The notes: a model not told the origin generated them from the sequence alone. Shown: positions 48,521 through 58,762, numbered from the stretch's first letter. The stretch is 64,000 nt of DNA from Acidobacteriota bacterium (GCA_022616665.1 JAKEFJ010000028.1:14492-78491), one strand, 5' to 3'. Made by a program: numbers and translations.

Positions 48521-49882
48521 TCAGCGCAGACCGTATTCTCGTATTTTTCGCTGGAGAGTCCGAACCCCGATCTCAAGAATCCTGGCGGCACGAGTTCGGT
48601 TGCCATCCGTGTTGGCCAGCGTCTTCTGGATCAGCTCCCGTTCCATTTCTCTCAAGGTCATCCCGGCTTCCACGCTGGGGAAAATGGCCTCCAACGCCTG
48701 CTCTCCGCGAATCGCCGGCGGAAGATCCGCCGCTTCAATCCGCTGTCCCGGAAGCGTCACCACCAGGCTCTCCAGGAGGTTTTTCAGCTCGCGTACGTTT
48801 CCCGGCCAGGGGTAGCTCCTCAACAGAAATAGGACCTCGGGGGCAATTTCCGGAATGGGCACGCCATTGGTCCGGGACAGAGAATCCAGAAAAAATCGGA
48901 CGAGCTCCGAAAGATCGGCGGCTCTCTCCCTCAGTGGGGGAACTTGAAGTGTGATGACCTGAAGTCGAAAATAGAGGTCCTCTCGGAATCTGCCCTGCCT
49001 GATTTTCTGCTGGAGCGACGCGTTGGTAGCGGCGAGTACCCGGACATCGATCCGGATGTTCCGGCTCCCGCCCAAGCGCATGAATTCGCGCTCTTCCAGC
49101 ACCCGGAGGAGCTTCACCTGAGTTTGGGGGTCCATCTCACCCACCTCGTCCAGAAAGATGGTGCCTCCCTCCGCCATCTCGAATTTTCCGCGGACGCGCT
49201 CCACGGCGCCCGTAAATGCCCCGCGTTCGTGCCCGAAGAGCTCGCTCTCGATGAGGTTGGCGGGAATGGCGGAGCAGTTGATGGCAAGGAACGGGCGATG
49301 ACGCCGAGGACTGTTGAAGTGGATGGCTTTCGCCACCAGCTCCTTTCCCACGCCGCTTTCTCCCAGGATCAACACCGTGCTGCTGGCGGGTGCGACCTGG
49401 GATATCCGTTGGACGACCCCCTTCATGGCTGGTGAGTGCTGAACGATGCTGGTCAAGGCATATCGCTGGGTGAGTGCGGTCTGGAGGTGGGTGAGCCGGT
49501 CGGCCAAATCCCTTCTTTCAAGAATCCTTCCCACGCGGCTCTTCAGATCGTAAGGGTCCACCGGTTTCGTCAGGTAATCCTCGGCACCACCCTTCAGGGC
49601 ACGCACCGCCTGCTCGGTGCGGCCCGACTGGACCAGCGCCAAAAGCGGGACTCGGGGAGCCGATTCCCTGATTCGCCCCAGGAGCTTGCGGGTTGTCAGG
49701 CCCGCCACTCCCAGAGCGACCACCACCAGGTCGTATTCCTGGCGTGCCATCAGCGCAAGGGCCCGCTTAAGGGTGAGAACCGCCGTGACCTGGTAGCCAT
49801 CCCTTCCCAGTTCCCGAAGGGCCTCCGCCCCCGACTCCTCGTCAGGATCCAGCACCAGGATGCGTCGCGCTTCAGGGTTCAT
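48521..49882 (-). CDS. Sigma-54-dependent response regulator (NtrC family: REC-AAA+-Fis HTH)
   Basis: REC domain, Walker A (GESGVGKE), GAFTGA loop (ERGAFTGA), and C-terminal HTH. Confidence 0.88.
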   Translation of the reverse strand: MNPEARRILVLDPDEESGAEALRELGRDGYQVTAVLTLKRALALMARQEYDLVVVALGVAGLTTRKLLGRIRESAPRVPLLALVQSGRTEQAVRALKGGAEDYLTKPVDPYDLKSRVGRILERRDLADRLTHLQTALTQRYALTSIVQHSPAMKGVVQRISQVAPASSTVLILGESGVGKELVAKAIHFNSPRRHRPFLAINCSAIPANLIESELFGHERGAFTGAVERVRGKFEMAEGGTIFLDEVGEMDPQTQVKLLRVLEEREFMRLGGSRNIRIDVRVLAATNASLQQKIRQGRFREDLYFRLQVITLQVPPLRERAADLSELVRFFLDSLSRTNGVPIPEIAPEVLFLLRSYPWPGNVRELKNLLESLVVTLPGQRIEAADLPPAIRGEQALEAIFPSVEAGMTLREMERELIQKTLANTDGNRTRAARILEIGVRTLQRKIREYGLR

Positions 49883-50108
49883 GAGAACAGGATTATATGG
49901 GTCGGGCCGTTCTCCCCGCAAGGGGAACTGCGCTATTTTGACCGACTTTAACAATGCCTTGATCCGGCCAACCTGGCCGAGTTAGCGCCTCCGAGTTTCT
50001 CGGCAGCCCGGATGGCGCCGGGTCAGCTATCGCCTAACACTATGAATTGCAGCGGCTTAGAAGTTAAGGAGGGGAAATCATCGAGACAGGTCCCGAATCT
50101 GGGGTAGC

Positions 50109-50124
50109 TGGCAGACGGATTGCT
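50109..50124 (+). promoter_or_regulatory. Candidate sigma54 (-24/-12) promoter TGGCAG-N5-TTGCT
   Basis: tggcagacggattgct has the GG and GC elements at the canonical 10-nt spacing. It lies 35 nt upstream of the ATG at 50159 and is divergent from the NtrC-family activator gene. Confidence 0.5.
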
Positions 50125-50158
50125 CCCGTTGAGGGCAAGACTGTCCTGAGGAGGCGAA

Positions 50159-50347
50159 ATGAAAAAGGGAACCCCGAAGCGCCCCGTGCCCGTTACCAGC
50201 ATCGTCGAGTTCGCCTACGACAACACCAGCTACCAGATCGACCCCGAGCGACGGAAGGTTTACCGGAAGTGGATTGAGGTCGAGAGCGCGCGGACTTATC
50301 TCATCATGAGCGCCTGGTCCGCTCTCAACGTCAAGAAAGCCGTCTGA
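50159..50347 (+). CDS. Small hypothetical protein (62 aa)
   Basis: Strong RBS (GAGGAGG, 5 nt before the ATG). Positioned right after the candidate sigma54 promoter. Basic N-terminus, no recognisable family. Confidence 0.5.
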   Translation: MKKGTPKRPVPVTSIVEFAYDNTSYQIDPERRKVYRKWIEVESARTYLIMSAWSALNVKKAV

Positions 50348-50378
50348 CCGCTCTCTCCACCGTAACAAGCGCTGCCGG

Positions 50379-51728
50379 CTACCCGGGGATCCGGATGAAA
50401 TCCACTTCGGGGAAGGGATGGGCCGGCTTCGCCAGCAGATACCCTTGTGCGAAGCGAATTCCGATCTCCCGGACAGTGCGCAGATCCTCCGCCTCTTCGA
50501 TCCCCTCGGCAATCACCGTGATCCCCGTGGTTCTTGAAAACTTGCAAATCGTCGACAGAAGCTCCCGCTTGATGTCATTGGCGTGCACGCCGCGTGTCAG
50601 GCTCATATCGATTTTCATGAAATCAGGGCGAATCTCAGCGATCGTCTTCAGACCCGAGTACGCAGAGCCCACGTCGTCCATCGCCAGCTGGAATCCCTGA
50701 TTCTGGAAATAGCGCAGCGCCTGGCGAAACAGCGGGAAGTCCTTGACGGCTGCATGCTCCGTGATCTCCAGAACAATCCGATCCGGCGTGACTCCGGTTT
50801 CCTTCAAGAGCCTTCCGTCCATCTGGGCGCGCATCTCCGGGTCATAGACCGATTCCGGCTCGATATTGAGAAACAGTAGCTGCCCCGGCTCCAGAGCTTT
50901 CAAGTTTTCCATCGCCTTGCTCCGGCAGAGCCGTTCCAGTGCCCACACCTCCTCGCAGGCATACGCGACCCTGAAAAGGTGCTCCGGATTCTGGAAGTCA
51001 CTTCGCTCGGGACGGGAAAGTGCTTCGTACCCGAGGATGAGGCGTCCTTCCAGGTCCACCACCGGTTGGTAGACCGTGGAGATGCTCCCGAGCCGCAGCA
51101 GTTCCCGGAGTTGTCGCGTCTCCTTCCTGGCCTCCCGCCGCTGCTGATGGATCGCATCCAGGAAAGCCGCATCCAGAGTCTGGTAAACGCTGTGCTCGAT
51201 CCGATGGGCGTCACCGCCGCCCTGAAGGATGGCGCAACCCATGGAGAGCTCCAGTTTCTGTGTCCCCAGATCGGAGAGACGGCGGGTCAGGAAGGGGCGC
51301 AGGTGGGATTCGATGCGGCGGCGGACTTTATCCATGTCCGCATACGTCATCACCTTCTGGTCCCGGGGAGGGGCCAGGAGGATGACAAAAGCGTTTCCGC
51401 TGATGATCAGCTCCGAGACGACATCCTCATCCCTTAGAACCACCGGTTTCATCTGCTTGAGAAACCGGGCCAGGTCTCGAATCAGTGCGTCGAACGCCTC
51501 CCAGCCGAGAATCTGCTCGATCCACTGATTCTGGATGACGTTCAGGGTAATGAGACCCAGCGCGCTCCGGCGCTTCAGCTCCCGGCGAATTCGGCCCAGG
51601 AACAACGGCAGCGTGGGCAGATCCGTGACCTGGTCATAGAGCAGGTGGGAAATCAGCCGCGGGCTCTTCTTCCCCAATCGGGAAGACTTCCGCTCCGGTG
51701 GACACACGACTTTAGCCCGAGAGGACAT
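50379..51728 (-). CDS. Degenerate GGDEF + EAL domain protein (c-di-GMP phosphodiesterase)
   Basis: EAL domain motifs (YQPVVDL, EALSRP, ELEITE, DDVGSAYSGL, EGIE). The upstream GGDEF-like region lacks the GG[DE]EF motif. Confidence 0.85.
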   Translation of the reverse strand: MSSRAKVVCPPERKSSRLGKKSPRLISHLLYDQVTDLPTLPLFLGRIRRELKRRSALGLITLNVIQNQWIEQILGWEAFDALIRDLARFLKQMKPVVLRDEDVVSELIISGNAFVILLAPPRDQKVMTYADMDKVRRRIESHLRPFLTRRLSDLGTQKLELSMGCAILQGGGDAHRIEHSVYQTLDAAFLDAIHQQRREARKETRQLRELLRLGSISTVYQPVVDLEGRLILGYEALSRPERSDFQNPEHLFRVAYACEEVWALERLCRSKAMENLKALEPGQLLFLNIEPESVYDPEMRAQMDGRLLKETGVTPDRIVLEITEHAAVKDFPLFRQALRYFQNQGFQLAMDDVGSAYSGLKTIAEIRPDFMKIDMSLTRGVHANDIKRELLSTICKFSRTTGITVIAEGIEEAEDLRTVREIGIRFAQGYLLAKPAHPFPEVDFIRIPG

Positions 51729-51744
51729 CAGCTACTCCCCTGCC

Positions 51745-53037
51745 TCAGGCAGCTCCGCCACTCTCGTTACCGAGGAGCGTCTCCTCCCCCGCTTCGGAGA
51801 GGAATTTCGGCTCGGCTTTGAGGACTTTGTTCCTGCCCGCGCGCTTGGCGCGGTAAAGCGCCTCGTCCGCCGCTCCCACGAGTTCCGACTGGGTACGGCC
51901 GTCATCGGGGAAAGCGGCGACGCCTCCGCTGAGGGTCACCTTGCCGATGGGGTCCCCTTCGTCGTCGTGAAAGACATGCCGGGCCAGGGCGTCTCGAACC
52001 TTCTCCGCAGCGAGCAGGGCGCCATCTTTGGGTGTCCCGGGGAGGATCAGGAGGAACTCTTCTCCGCCCCAGCGGGCGGAAATGTCCCCCTCCCGAATGG
52101 TCTTCCGGATGACTTCAGCAGTCTCCTTCAAGACCCGATCTCCGGTGAGGTGTCCATGCGTGTCGTTGAGTTTCTTGAAATGATCCAGATCGAAGATAAA
52201 CAAGGAAACTGGGGAATGCAGCACTTCCGATTTGTGGATGGCTTCACCCAGCAGCTCTTGAAGATAGCGCTTGGTGATGAGCCCCGTCAGGCCATCGGAA
52301 TTGGCCTTGCTCCTCTGCTCATCCATCAGCCGGCGGTTCATCAAGGACATGGCTCCCAGATCGGCAATCATCGAGAGCAGCCGCTTTTCGAATTTGGGAT
52401 GGCGGGAGATCCCACCCACCGAAATGACACCCTGGGTCTCCTGGTTGTTTCCCAGCATCGGGGCGCAAAGATCGACTTTGAACCGGAAATGACCCGGGGC
52501 GTCAAGGTTGGCCCCGCCCGAGCGCATTTCCCGAACGAAATCCTCCTGATCCATCGTCGTCTTCATCTGGGCAACCCACCCGATCTTCCCCTCGCCGATG
52601 GGAACCTCTCGAGAAGTCCCCAACTCCCTGGGGGCGCTTTTCGCCTCCTTCAGGATCAGCATCCCGGGAACGTTGGGGTCGGTGAGAAAAATCAGGATCT
52701 GACTCGGAAGGAAGATTTTGTCCGCGATCTTCAGGAGTTGCTTCGGCAGAAGTGAAGCGTCCATTTTCCCATCCAGCTCCCGGGTGAAATCTGTGAGGAG
52801 CTGGAAGAATTCCGAAAAGGTCTGGTTCTCCTGCTCCACGCGAGCCTTGGCCCGCTGGGACTCGCGGTACGCCTCCAAATCCACATACCCACCGGAGTCG
52901 GAGGAAAGACCGCGGCGAGCCGTCCCTTCGGAACGGCCCATTCGAGACAGGAGGTATCCCAGTAGGAAGGCGAAGACCCCGACTCCCCCCAGGGGCCAGA
53001 GCATAACCTCGCGAAGGATCGATGGAGCGTCGTTCAT
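51745..53037 (-). CDS. GAF-domain diguanylate cyclase (GGDEF)
   Basis: N-terminal TM segment, a GAF-like middle, and a GGDEF domain (RWGGEEFLLIL, I-site-like context). Confidence 0.85.
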   Translation of the reverse strand: MNDAPSILREVMLWPLGGVGVFAFLLGYLLSRMGRSEGTARRGLSSDSGGYVDLEAYRESQRAKARVEQENQTFSEFFQLLTDFTRELDGKMDASLLPKQLLKIADKIFLPSQILIFLTDPNVPGMLILKEAKSAPRELGTSREVPIGEGKIGWVAQMKTTMDQEDFVREMRSGGANLDAPGHFRFKVDLCAPMLGNNQETQGVISVGGISRHPKFEKRLLSMIADLGAMSLMNRRLMDEQRSKANSDGLTGLITKRYLQELLGEAIHKSEVLHSPVSLFIFDLDHFKKLNDTHGHLTGDRVLKETAEVIRKTIREGDISARWGGEEFLLILPGTPKDGALLAAEKVRDALARHVFHDDEGDPIGKVTLSGGVAAFPDDGRTQSELVGAADEALYRAKRAGRNKVLKAEPKFLSEAGEETLLGNESGGAA

Positions 53038-53327
53038 AGGGCTCCAGGATTATCAGGTGAGTTCCCGCCCCGCCCGCGAATCCTGCGCAGGGAGTTGGAA
53101 GGTTTCGAGCAAGAACCGGGCCACGGAGCTCCGAATTCGTCACGAAAATAACGACCCCGGTCGCGACACCGGCTCGTCGAGGTGCCTCAGCCGATCCCTC
53201 GCCTTGTCAATCGCTTGGAGAGCGAGTGAAACGACCTTTCTAGTGCCGGATGTTCCCATCGTCGCCTCGATTTCGGGCCCGTCGGGATCGGTCTGGCCGT
53301 AATTCGACACTCCGGGCGTGACAATTT

Positions 53328-54530
53328 TTGGCCCTCATCCCGTTGACCCTGATGGAGGGGATCGGCTATAAGATTCAAGTTCCCGTAGCTCTTAACGCCG
53401 CCACCGGAGAGACCCTGATGCCCCTGGGGAATCCGACCACGGAAAGTGCTCTCCAATCCCTTCTCGAGGTGGGCAAGAAGGCGAGGGCCTTCGTCTCCAT
53501 GCCCGTGGTCGAGGGGATTACGCCTCGCGTTCTCCTGGATCCACAGCATTCCAGCCCTTGTGAGACGACGGAAGGGATTCCTCGCAGGCACGGCGTGTTT
53601 CGGCTGGATGAGATTGGGCTCCCCCTCCTGGATCACGACATCCTCTATGGGGACGCCTGTTTCGAGGGAATTCTGATCAAGCACGGCCGCGTCTTCCTCT
53701 TGCGGGAGCACCTGGAGAGGTTGTGGCGTTCGGCCGGCGAGCTCGGCATCGAGCTTCCCTACGACCGCCTGGCCCTCACCCTTCACTTGCTCGAGACAAT
53801 TCGGCAGGTGGATTTCGAGCCTCAGGACAACTCGTACATCCGGCTCGTGGTGAGTCGGGGCCTGGGAGATTTGGGAATCAATCCGGGGAAGTGCGTGGGG
53901 AGCAGCCTCTTCGCCCTGGTCTCGACCATTCGGCTCTATCCCAAGGAGGCCTATGAGCGTGGAATTCCCTTGGGGATTGCCAGAACCATCCGTCGGCCGG
54001 GCCCTTCCATTCTCGATCCTCGGATCAAGAGCAACAACTATCTCAACAACGTCCTCGCTCTCAGAGAAGGGTGTAACGGCACCTCTCACGTTGAATGCGT
54101 CATGCTGAACCAGGATGGATTCGTGGCAGAGGCCACGGTCGACAACATCTTCGTCGTCCTCAAGGAAGAAGGATGGCAGAAAGATGCCTCGAAGGTCCGA
54201 GTCATCACACCCTCGGGAACTTTCTGTCTGAACGGGATTACTCGAATGACCATCCTGACGCTCTCCCGGGAGCTGGGTTATTCCACGGAAGAATCCCCAA
54301 CTCTCCTGCCATTGGACTTGGTGGGAGAGAACCGTGAGGTCTTCATGACCGGAACCGGCGCATTCGTCATGCCCATCACCAGCGTGGCTGGCCACCGGGT
54401 CGGTGACGGCAAACCCGGTGAGATCACGCGGATCTTGTTGGGGCGTATTACCGAAACAATGGCGGAGCCGAACTGCGGCCTCGACCTCGGCGCTGGCATC
54501 AACGAGGTGCGCCGCTACCTGGGTGTGTGA
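53328..54530 (+). CDS. Class IV (D-amino acid/branched-chain) aminotransferase-fold protein; start uncertain (possibly 53418 or about 53499)
   Basis: YGDACFEGI and Lys-region motifs of PLP fold-type IV. The track ORF has a ~60-90-aa N-terminal extension. A TTGACC-N18-TATAAG promoter-like site at 53343-53372 suggests a later start. Confidence 0.7.
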   Translation: MALIPLTLMEGIGYKIQVPVALNAATGETLMPLGNPTTESALQSLLEVGKKARAFVSMPVVEGITPRVLLDPQHSSPCETTEGIPRRHGVFRLDEIGLPLLDHDILYGDACFEGILIKHGRVFLLREHLERLWRSAGELGIELPYDRLALTLHLLETIRQVDFEPQDNSYIRLVVSRGLGDLGINPGKCVGSSLFALVSTIRLYPKEAYERGIPLGIARTIRRPGPSILDPRIKSNNYLNNVLALREGCNGTSHVECVMLNQDGFVAEATVDNIFVVLKEEGWQKDASKVRVITPSGTFCLNGITRMTILTLSRELGYSTEESPTLLPLDLVGENREVFMTGTGAFVMPITSVAGHRVGDGKPGEITRILLGRITETMAEPNCGLDLGAGINEVRRYLGV

Positions 54531-55486
54531 ATCTCCTCACTGCCTGCCACGCCAAAACCGTGCCAACGAAACCTCGCCTCTCACTGCGTCATTTGGCCAC
54601 CCCGAAGTCTGGTGTCGTGACCGTCGTCATCACCCTTGGACTTCTGGGAGTCCAGGACAATCAGGCAGTTTCCCGCCATCGGGTGCAGGACGACGTAGGG
54701 CGCCAGGTGGTGGTGCCGGTGAATCCCCGGCGAATCGTATCGCTCGCTCCCAGCGTGACCCAGATGCTTTTCGATCTGGGCGCTGGAGAACGTGTGGTTG
54801 GGGTTACGGATCAGTGCGACGATCCGCCGCCGGCCCGCTCTCTGCCGAGAGTAGGGGGAATGGTGAAGCCCGACTGGGAGTCGGTGGTGCGCTTACGTCC
54901 CGATCTGGTCGTGGCCAGCACCTCGGGCAATGACGCTTCGCTGGTGGCTCAGTCGGAGGAACTTGGACTTCCCCTCTACTTCATGGATGCCGGAGATCTG
55001 AAGGGACTACTGAATTCCTTGACTCATTTGGCCGGACTGGTAGGGGCCGCACCTCGAGGAGACGTTCTGCGCCGGTCTCTCGAGGGGAGAATCAAGGCCC
55101 TTCAGGGGCATGCGTGGACCGGGCATCGACCCAGGATCCTCTTCCTCGTTTGGATTGATCCGCCGGTCGTGCCCGGATCGGGGACCTTTCTCAATGATGC
55201 CCTGCGGCTCGCCGGATTGGACTCGGTGACCGCCGATGCCCCGGCCGGATGGCCGACCTACGATCTGGAGTCCATCCTGGAACAGCGCCCTGAATGGATC
55301 GTGGCCGCGAGGCATAACGCTTCCGCCCTGGCGGCCCTTGCCGGCAAGCCGGGATGGAAGGATCTGGAGGCGGTCCGATCCGGGCGAATGGTGACCGTGA
55401 GCGAAGACATTGAGCGGCCTTCCCCAGGGGTCGTGGATGCCCTGGAGGAGCTACAGAAGAAAATTCAAGGGAAGGCGCCGGAGTAG
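54527..55486 (+). CDS. Periplasmic binding protein of ABC transporter (BtuF/FecB-like, cluster A-2)
   Basis: VVSLAPSVTQMLFDLGAGERVVGV matches the cobalamin/siderophore binding-protein N-lobe. Confidence 0.75.
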   Translation: MNLLTACHAKTVPTKPRLSLRHLATPKSGVVTVVITLGLLGVQDNQAVSRHRVQDDVGRQVVVPVNPRRIVSLAPSVTQMLFDLGAGERVVGVTDQCDDPPPARSLPRVGGMVKPDWESVVRLRPDLVVASTSGNDASLVAQSEELGLPLYFMDAGDLKGLLNSLTHLAGLVGAAPRGDVLRRSLEGRIKALQGHAWTGHRPRILFLVWIDPPVVPGSGTFLNDALRLAGLDSVTADAPAGWPTYDLESILEQRPEWIVAARHNASALAALAGKPGWKDLEAVRSGRMVTVSEDIERPSPGVVDALEELQKKIQGKAPE

Positions 55487-55487
55487 C

Positions 55488-55513
55488 GACCGCGCGGGAA
55501 AGCCCGCGCGGTC
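55488..55513 (+). terminator. Perfect 11-bp GC-rich hairpin immediately after the binding-protein stop (terminator-like, weak U-tract)
   Basis: gaccgcgcggg-aaag-cccgcgcggtc followed by TTGGGGGG. Confidence 0.4.
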
Positions 55514-55703
55514 TTGGGGGGATCGCCCGCCGCCCCTCCCATCCGTCATCAAGGGCGGCGGTGAAGGGGCTTACTCTTCGACCCCTCCACTTTCGAAGTA
55601 TTCGACCAATTCTGGTTTCGGTCAACGACCGAATTCCTGTGGTGCTTCATGCGTGCAGCAGACTTCAGGGACGTAAACCCCTCGACTCTTCACGGGAGCA
55701 ATC

Positions 55704-57173
55704 GTGGACGATTCTCAAGGTAAGCCGGAGGACAAGACGATCCCCCCCATCCTAGGGTTCGGGGCCTTCGCGCTTCGTCCGGAGATCCTCTCGACACTGG
55801 AAACCATTGGATACACAGAGCCCACCCAGGTTCAGCTGCAGGCCATTCCCCTTGCCATGGCGGGTAAGGACCTAATCGTCCAATCCCGAACCGGCACCGG
55901 GAAGACAGCGGCCTTCGGAATTCGAATTGCAGAGGCGGTGGATCGTCAATCCCCTGCAGTCCAGGCTCTGGTGCTCACCCCGGCCAGGGAGTTAACCCTG
56001 CAAGTCACTGCGGAAGTGTCCCGAATCGGGGCAGGGCGGGCCCTGAGGTGCGTCGCGGTCTATGGCGGCCGGCCGATTGACAGGCAAATCGAGGAGCTGC
56101 GGCAGGGGGCGCAGACGGTGGTCGGAACCCCGGGTCGAATTCTAGACCACCTGCGAAGAGGCACGCTCCGCCTGGACTCTCTAAAGATTCTGGTTCTGGA
56201 CGAAGCGGATCTCATGCTGGATATGGGATTCGAAAAGGAGATGCGGCAAATCCTGGAACATCTCCCCCCGCGGCGTCAGACGCTGCTCTTCTCCGCTACG
56301 ATTCCACGCGCCATCGAAGCCATGGCCCAGAAGTACCTCTCTAACCCGGAGAAGCTTCTTCTCAGTGAAGACTACGTCTACGTCAAGGAGGTTTCTCACG
56401 AGTACTACATCACCAACCGGATGCAGAAGGAGCGAAATCTCTGCAATCTTCTTGAATTCGAGGACCCTCCAGCGTCGATGATTTTCTGCAACACCAGGGA
56501 AGAGACTCGCGTTGTAGCCAACTACCTGGGACGAAAGGGACTTCCTGTGGCGATGCTCTCCAGCGATCTGAGCCAAGCCCGGCGGGAAAAGGTGATGGCC
56601 CGCTTTCGCAGGAGGGAGCTCAGGCATCTGGTGGCCACCGACGTCGCGGCCCGCGGCATCGACATCGAAGGGCTGACCCACGTCTTCATCTTTTCCGCCC
56701 CGAGCTCCCCGGATCAGTACGTGCACCGAGCCGGGCGAACCGGGCGCATAGGCAAATCCGGCAAAGCCATCTCCCTGGTGGCCGCCCAGGACCTGGTGAA
56801 CTTCAACAAACTGGTCCGGGTGAACAACCTCGAATTGATCGAGAAGAACTTCCCCTCCCATCAGGAAGTCGCGGCCCGGAAATCGGAGCACTTGCTGAAG
56901 CGGCTCAGGGATTCCGCTCAATCGACCGCGCCCGAGGACCTGCTGGAATTGGAGCCCGTGGCGCGACACATTGCGGACGAACCCGACCGGGACACCCTCG
57001 TGGCAATGCTGTTGCAGGAGCATTTCTGCCTGCCGCCGGTCGACCTCGACTCGTTACCCGAGGAGGGAGCTGCAACTTCCCAGCCGACGGCACAAGGCTC
57101 GGGCATGGGGAGCTCCGGAGCCGGAAGCCGTCGCAGACGCCGGCGAAGGCGTCCGGGGGGTGGGTCTCAGTGA
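55704..57173 (+). CDS. DEAD-box ATP-dependent RNA helicase
   Basis: Q-motif, Walker A (SRTGTGKT), DEAD, SAT and HRAGRTGR motifs. Arg/Gly-rich C-terminal tail. Confidence 0.9.
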   Translation: MDDSQGKPEDKTIPPILGFGAFALRPEILSTLETIGYTEPTQVQLQAIPLAMAGKDLIVQSRTGTGKTAAFGIRIAEAVDRQSPAVQALVLTPARELTLQVTAEVSRIGAGRALRCVAVYGGRPIDRQIEELRQGAQTVVGTPGRILDHLRRGTLRLDSLKILVLDEADLMLDMGFEKEMRQILEHLPPRRQTLLFSATIPRAIEAMAQKYLSNPEKLLLSEDYVYVKEVSHEYYITNRMQKERNLCNLLEFEDPPASMIFCNTREETRVVANYLGRKGLPVAMLSSDLSQARREKVMARFRRRELRHLVATDVAARGIDIEGLTHVFIFSAPSSPDQYVHRAGRTGRIGKSGKAISLVAAQDLVNFNKLVRVNNLELIEKNFPSHQEVAARKSEHLLKRLRDSAQSTAPEDLLELEPVARHIADEPDRDTLVAMLLQEHFCLPPVDLDSLPEEGAATSQPTAQGSGMGSSGAGSRRRRRRRRPGGGSQ

Positions 57174-57613
57174 ACGGTGGAAGTGCTCTCGGAGGGTTCG
57201 TCCCGATCCAGCAAGGCGCGCCGGCCCGCGAATCCATCGGGAATGCGGTGCCAGTGGCCTATCCGCGGCTCGCCGAATTTCCAGCAGAGAAAGACAATCT
57301 CGTTTCCCAGGAGACAGGGAAAATCGATCAGACCCGCCTCGGGGCCGTTCACCACGCACCCGTGTGACTGGATCGCCTGAATGGTGCCATTGATTTCCTG
57401 CAGGAGGCGCGGCGCAATGCCCCGATCCTCCAGGTGCCGCGAAAGCTCCGAATCTCCTGGCTTCAAGCCGGATTCATCGGCGGCAGCTTCAACCTCGTTT
57501 CGAATCAAGCCGAAGGTCTGGAGCATTTGATCCACCAGCGGCCTGATCTTGTCCAAGACCTCTTGAGCTTCCTGAACCGTGAACAATTTGGGCTCGACGA
57601 CCGGTGAACTCAT
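57167..57613 (-). CDS. DUF2203 family protein
   Basis: 148 aa with the LIDFP...LCWKFGE...WH pattern characteristic of DUF2203. Confidence 0.55.
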   Translation of the reverse strand: MSSPVVEPKLFTVQEAQEVLDKIRPLVDQMLQTFGLIRNEVEAAADESGLKPGDSELSRHLEDRGIAPRLLQEINGTIQAIQSHGCVVNGPEAGLIDFPCLLGNEIVFLCWKFGEPRIGHWHRIPDGFAGRRALLDRDEPSESTSTVH

Positions 57614-57685
57614 GACATTCTCCCCGCGTGACGAGTTTAGTCGAGACCCGGACGGCGTTCAACCGCAAGCGGACCCGGCCCAGAA

Positions 57686-58678
57686 TTGCTTACCATGGAA
57701 TTGAGGAGGATCCCTCCGGGGTGGTCTTGCCTCGCGGCCCTGCTGATCACCCTCACGGCCGTGGCGGCGGGACTCTCGCGCGGCCTACGTACTTCGGAGT
57801 TACTGGGCGCTGCCCCGGGAGTCTTTCTACTGCTTTGGGGCTACTTTGCCCTGTCCGATGCCCGTATCCAGAGCCTTCTGACCCAGTGGTGCCGAATCTC
57901 GGGCGCTCGAACCGTCGCTCTCGCCTCTTGTCTCATGCTCCCCTATCTCGCCTACTCCCTGCCACTTCGCTGCTTTTCTGCGAAGGGATTCCTGGCGCTG
58001 CTTCTGTACGTGAATCTACCGGTATGGGCCCTTGCGGCCCGCCGAAAGGGGGGAGATTCGCCGGTCACCGATTTTGCCGCGCTCCTGCTCATCTGGCTTC
58101 CCTTGGAGCTTGGAGTCTTGCCCCCGCTATGGCTTTGGCCTCCCGGACAGCCGGGCCACTTTCTGGATGGCCTGCTGGGAGTCGTGCTGGCGGTTTACTG
58201 CTTTCAGGTGGTCCGCTCCCTTCCGGGCATTGGCTACTGTCTGATTCCTCGAGGCAGGGACTGGCTTCTGGCCGGAGCCGGTGTTCTCCTGTTTCTCCCC
58301 CTGGCGCTCGGCTTGGGAGCGTTCACCGGCTTCCTGCGATTCTCCCCGCATGTCCCCGAATCTCCTGCAATCCTGGCCCGCATCCTAGGGATATTCCTGG
58401 TCACCGGCGTTCCGGAGGAGCTTCTCTTTCGCGGGCTGCTCCAGAACTTACTGCTCCGCTGGACAGGTCGGGACACCCTCTCCCTCGGTCTAACTGCCGC
58501 CGTGTTTGGATTGGCGCACCTGAACGTCGGTGCCCACCCCGACTGGCGTCTGGCTCTGCTGGCGACCCTGGCTGGCATCCTGTACGGCTGGCTCTTCCGC
58601 GTCTCAGGCAGTCTCATGGCGCCCTCGCTCGCTCATACCTTCGTCAACTCGCTCTGGACGTTCTTGTTTCGCGGCTAG
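57686..58678 (+). CDS. CPBP-family intramembrane metalloprotease (CAAX protease/Abi)
   Basis: Multi-TM protein with EELLFRG and FGLAHL motifs. Confidence 0.8.
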   Translation: MLTMELRRIPPGWSCLAALLITLTAVAAGLSRGLRTSELLGAAPGVFLLLWGYFALSDARIQSLLTQWCRISGARTVALASCLMLPYLAYSLPLRCFSAKGFLALLLYVNLPVWALAARRKGGDSPVTDFAALLLIWLPLELGVLPPLWLWPPGQPGHFLDGLLGVVLAVYCFQVVRSLPGIGYCLIPRGRDWLLAGAGVLLFLPLALGLGAFTGFLRFSPHVPESPAILARILGIFLVTGVPEELLFRGLLQNLLLRWTGRDTLSLGLTAAVFGLAHLNVGAHPDWRLALLATLAGILYGWLFRVSGSLMAPSLAHTFVNSLWTFLFRG

Positions 58679-58762
58679 CGGAGGGTTGCGACCTCGCGCG
58701 GGCCGCGTATAATCACCCGCGAGCGCTCGCGTTGCAGCGCCGGAGGACGGGTCGCACCGAAG

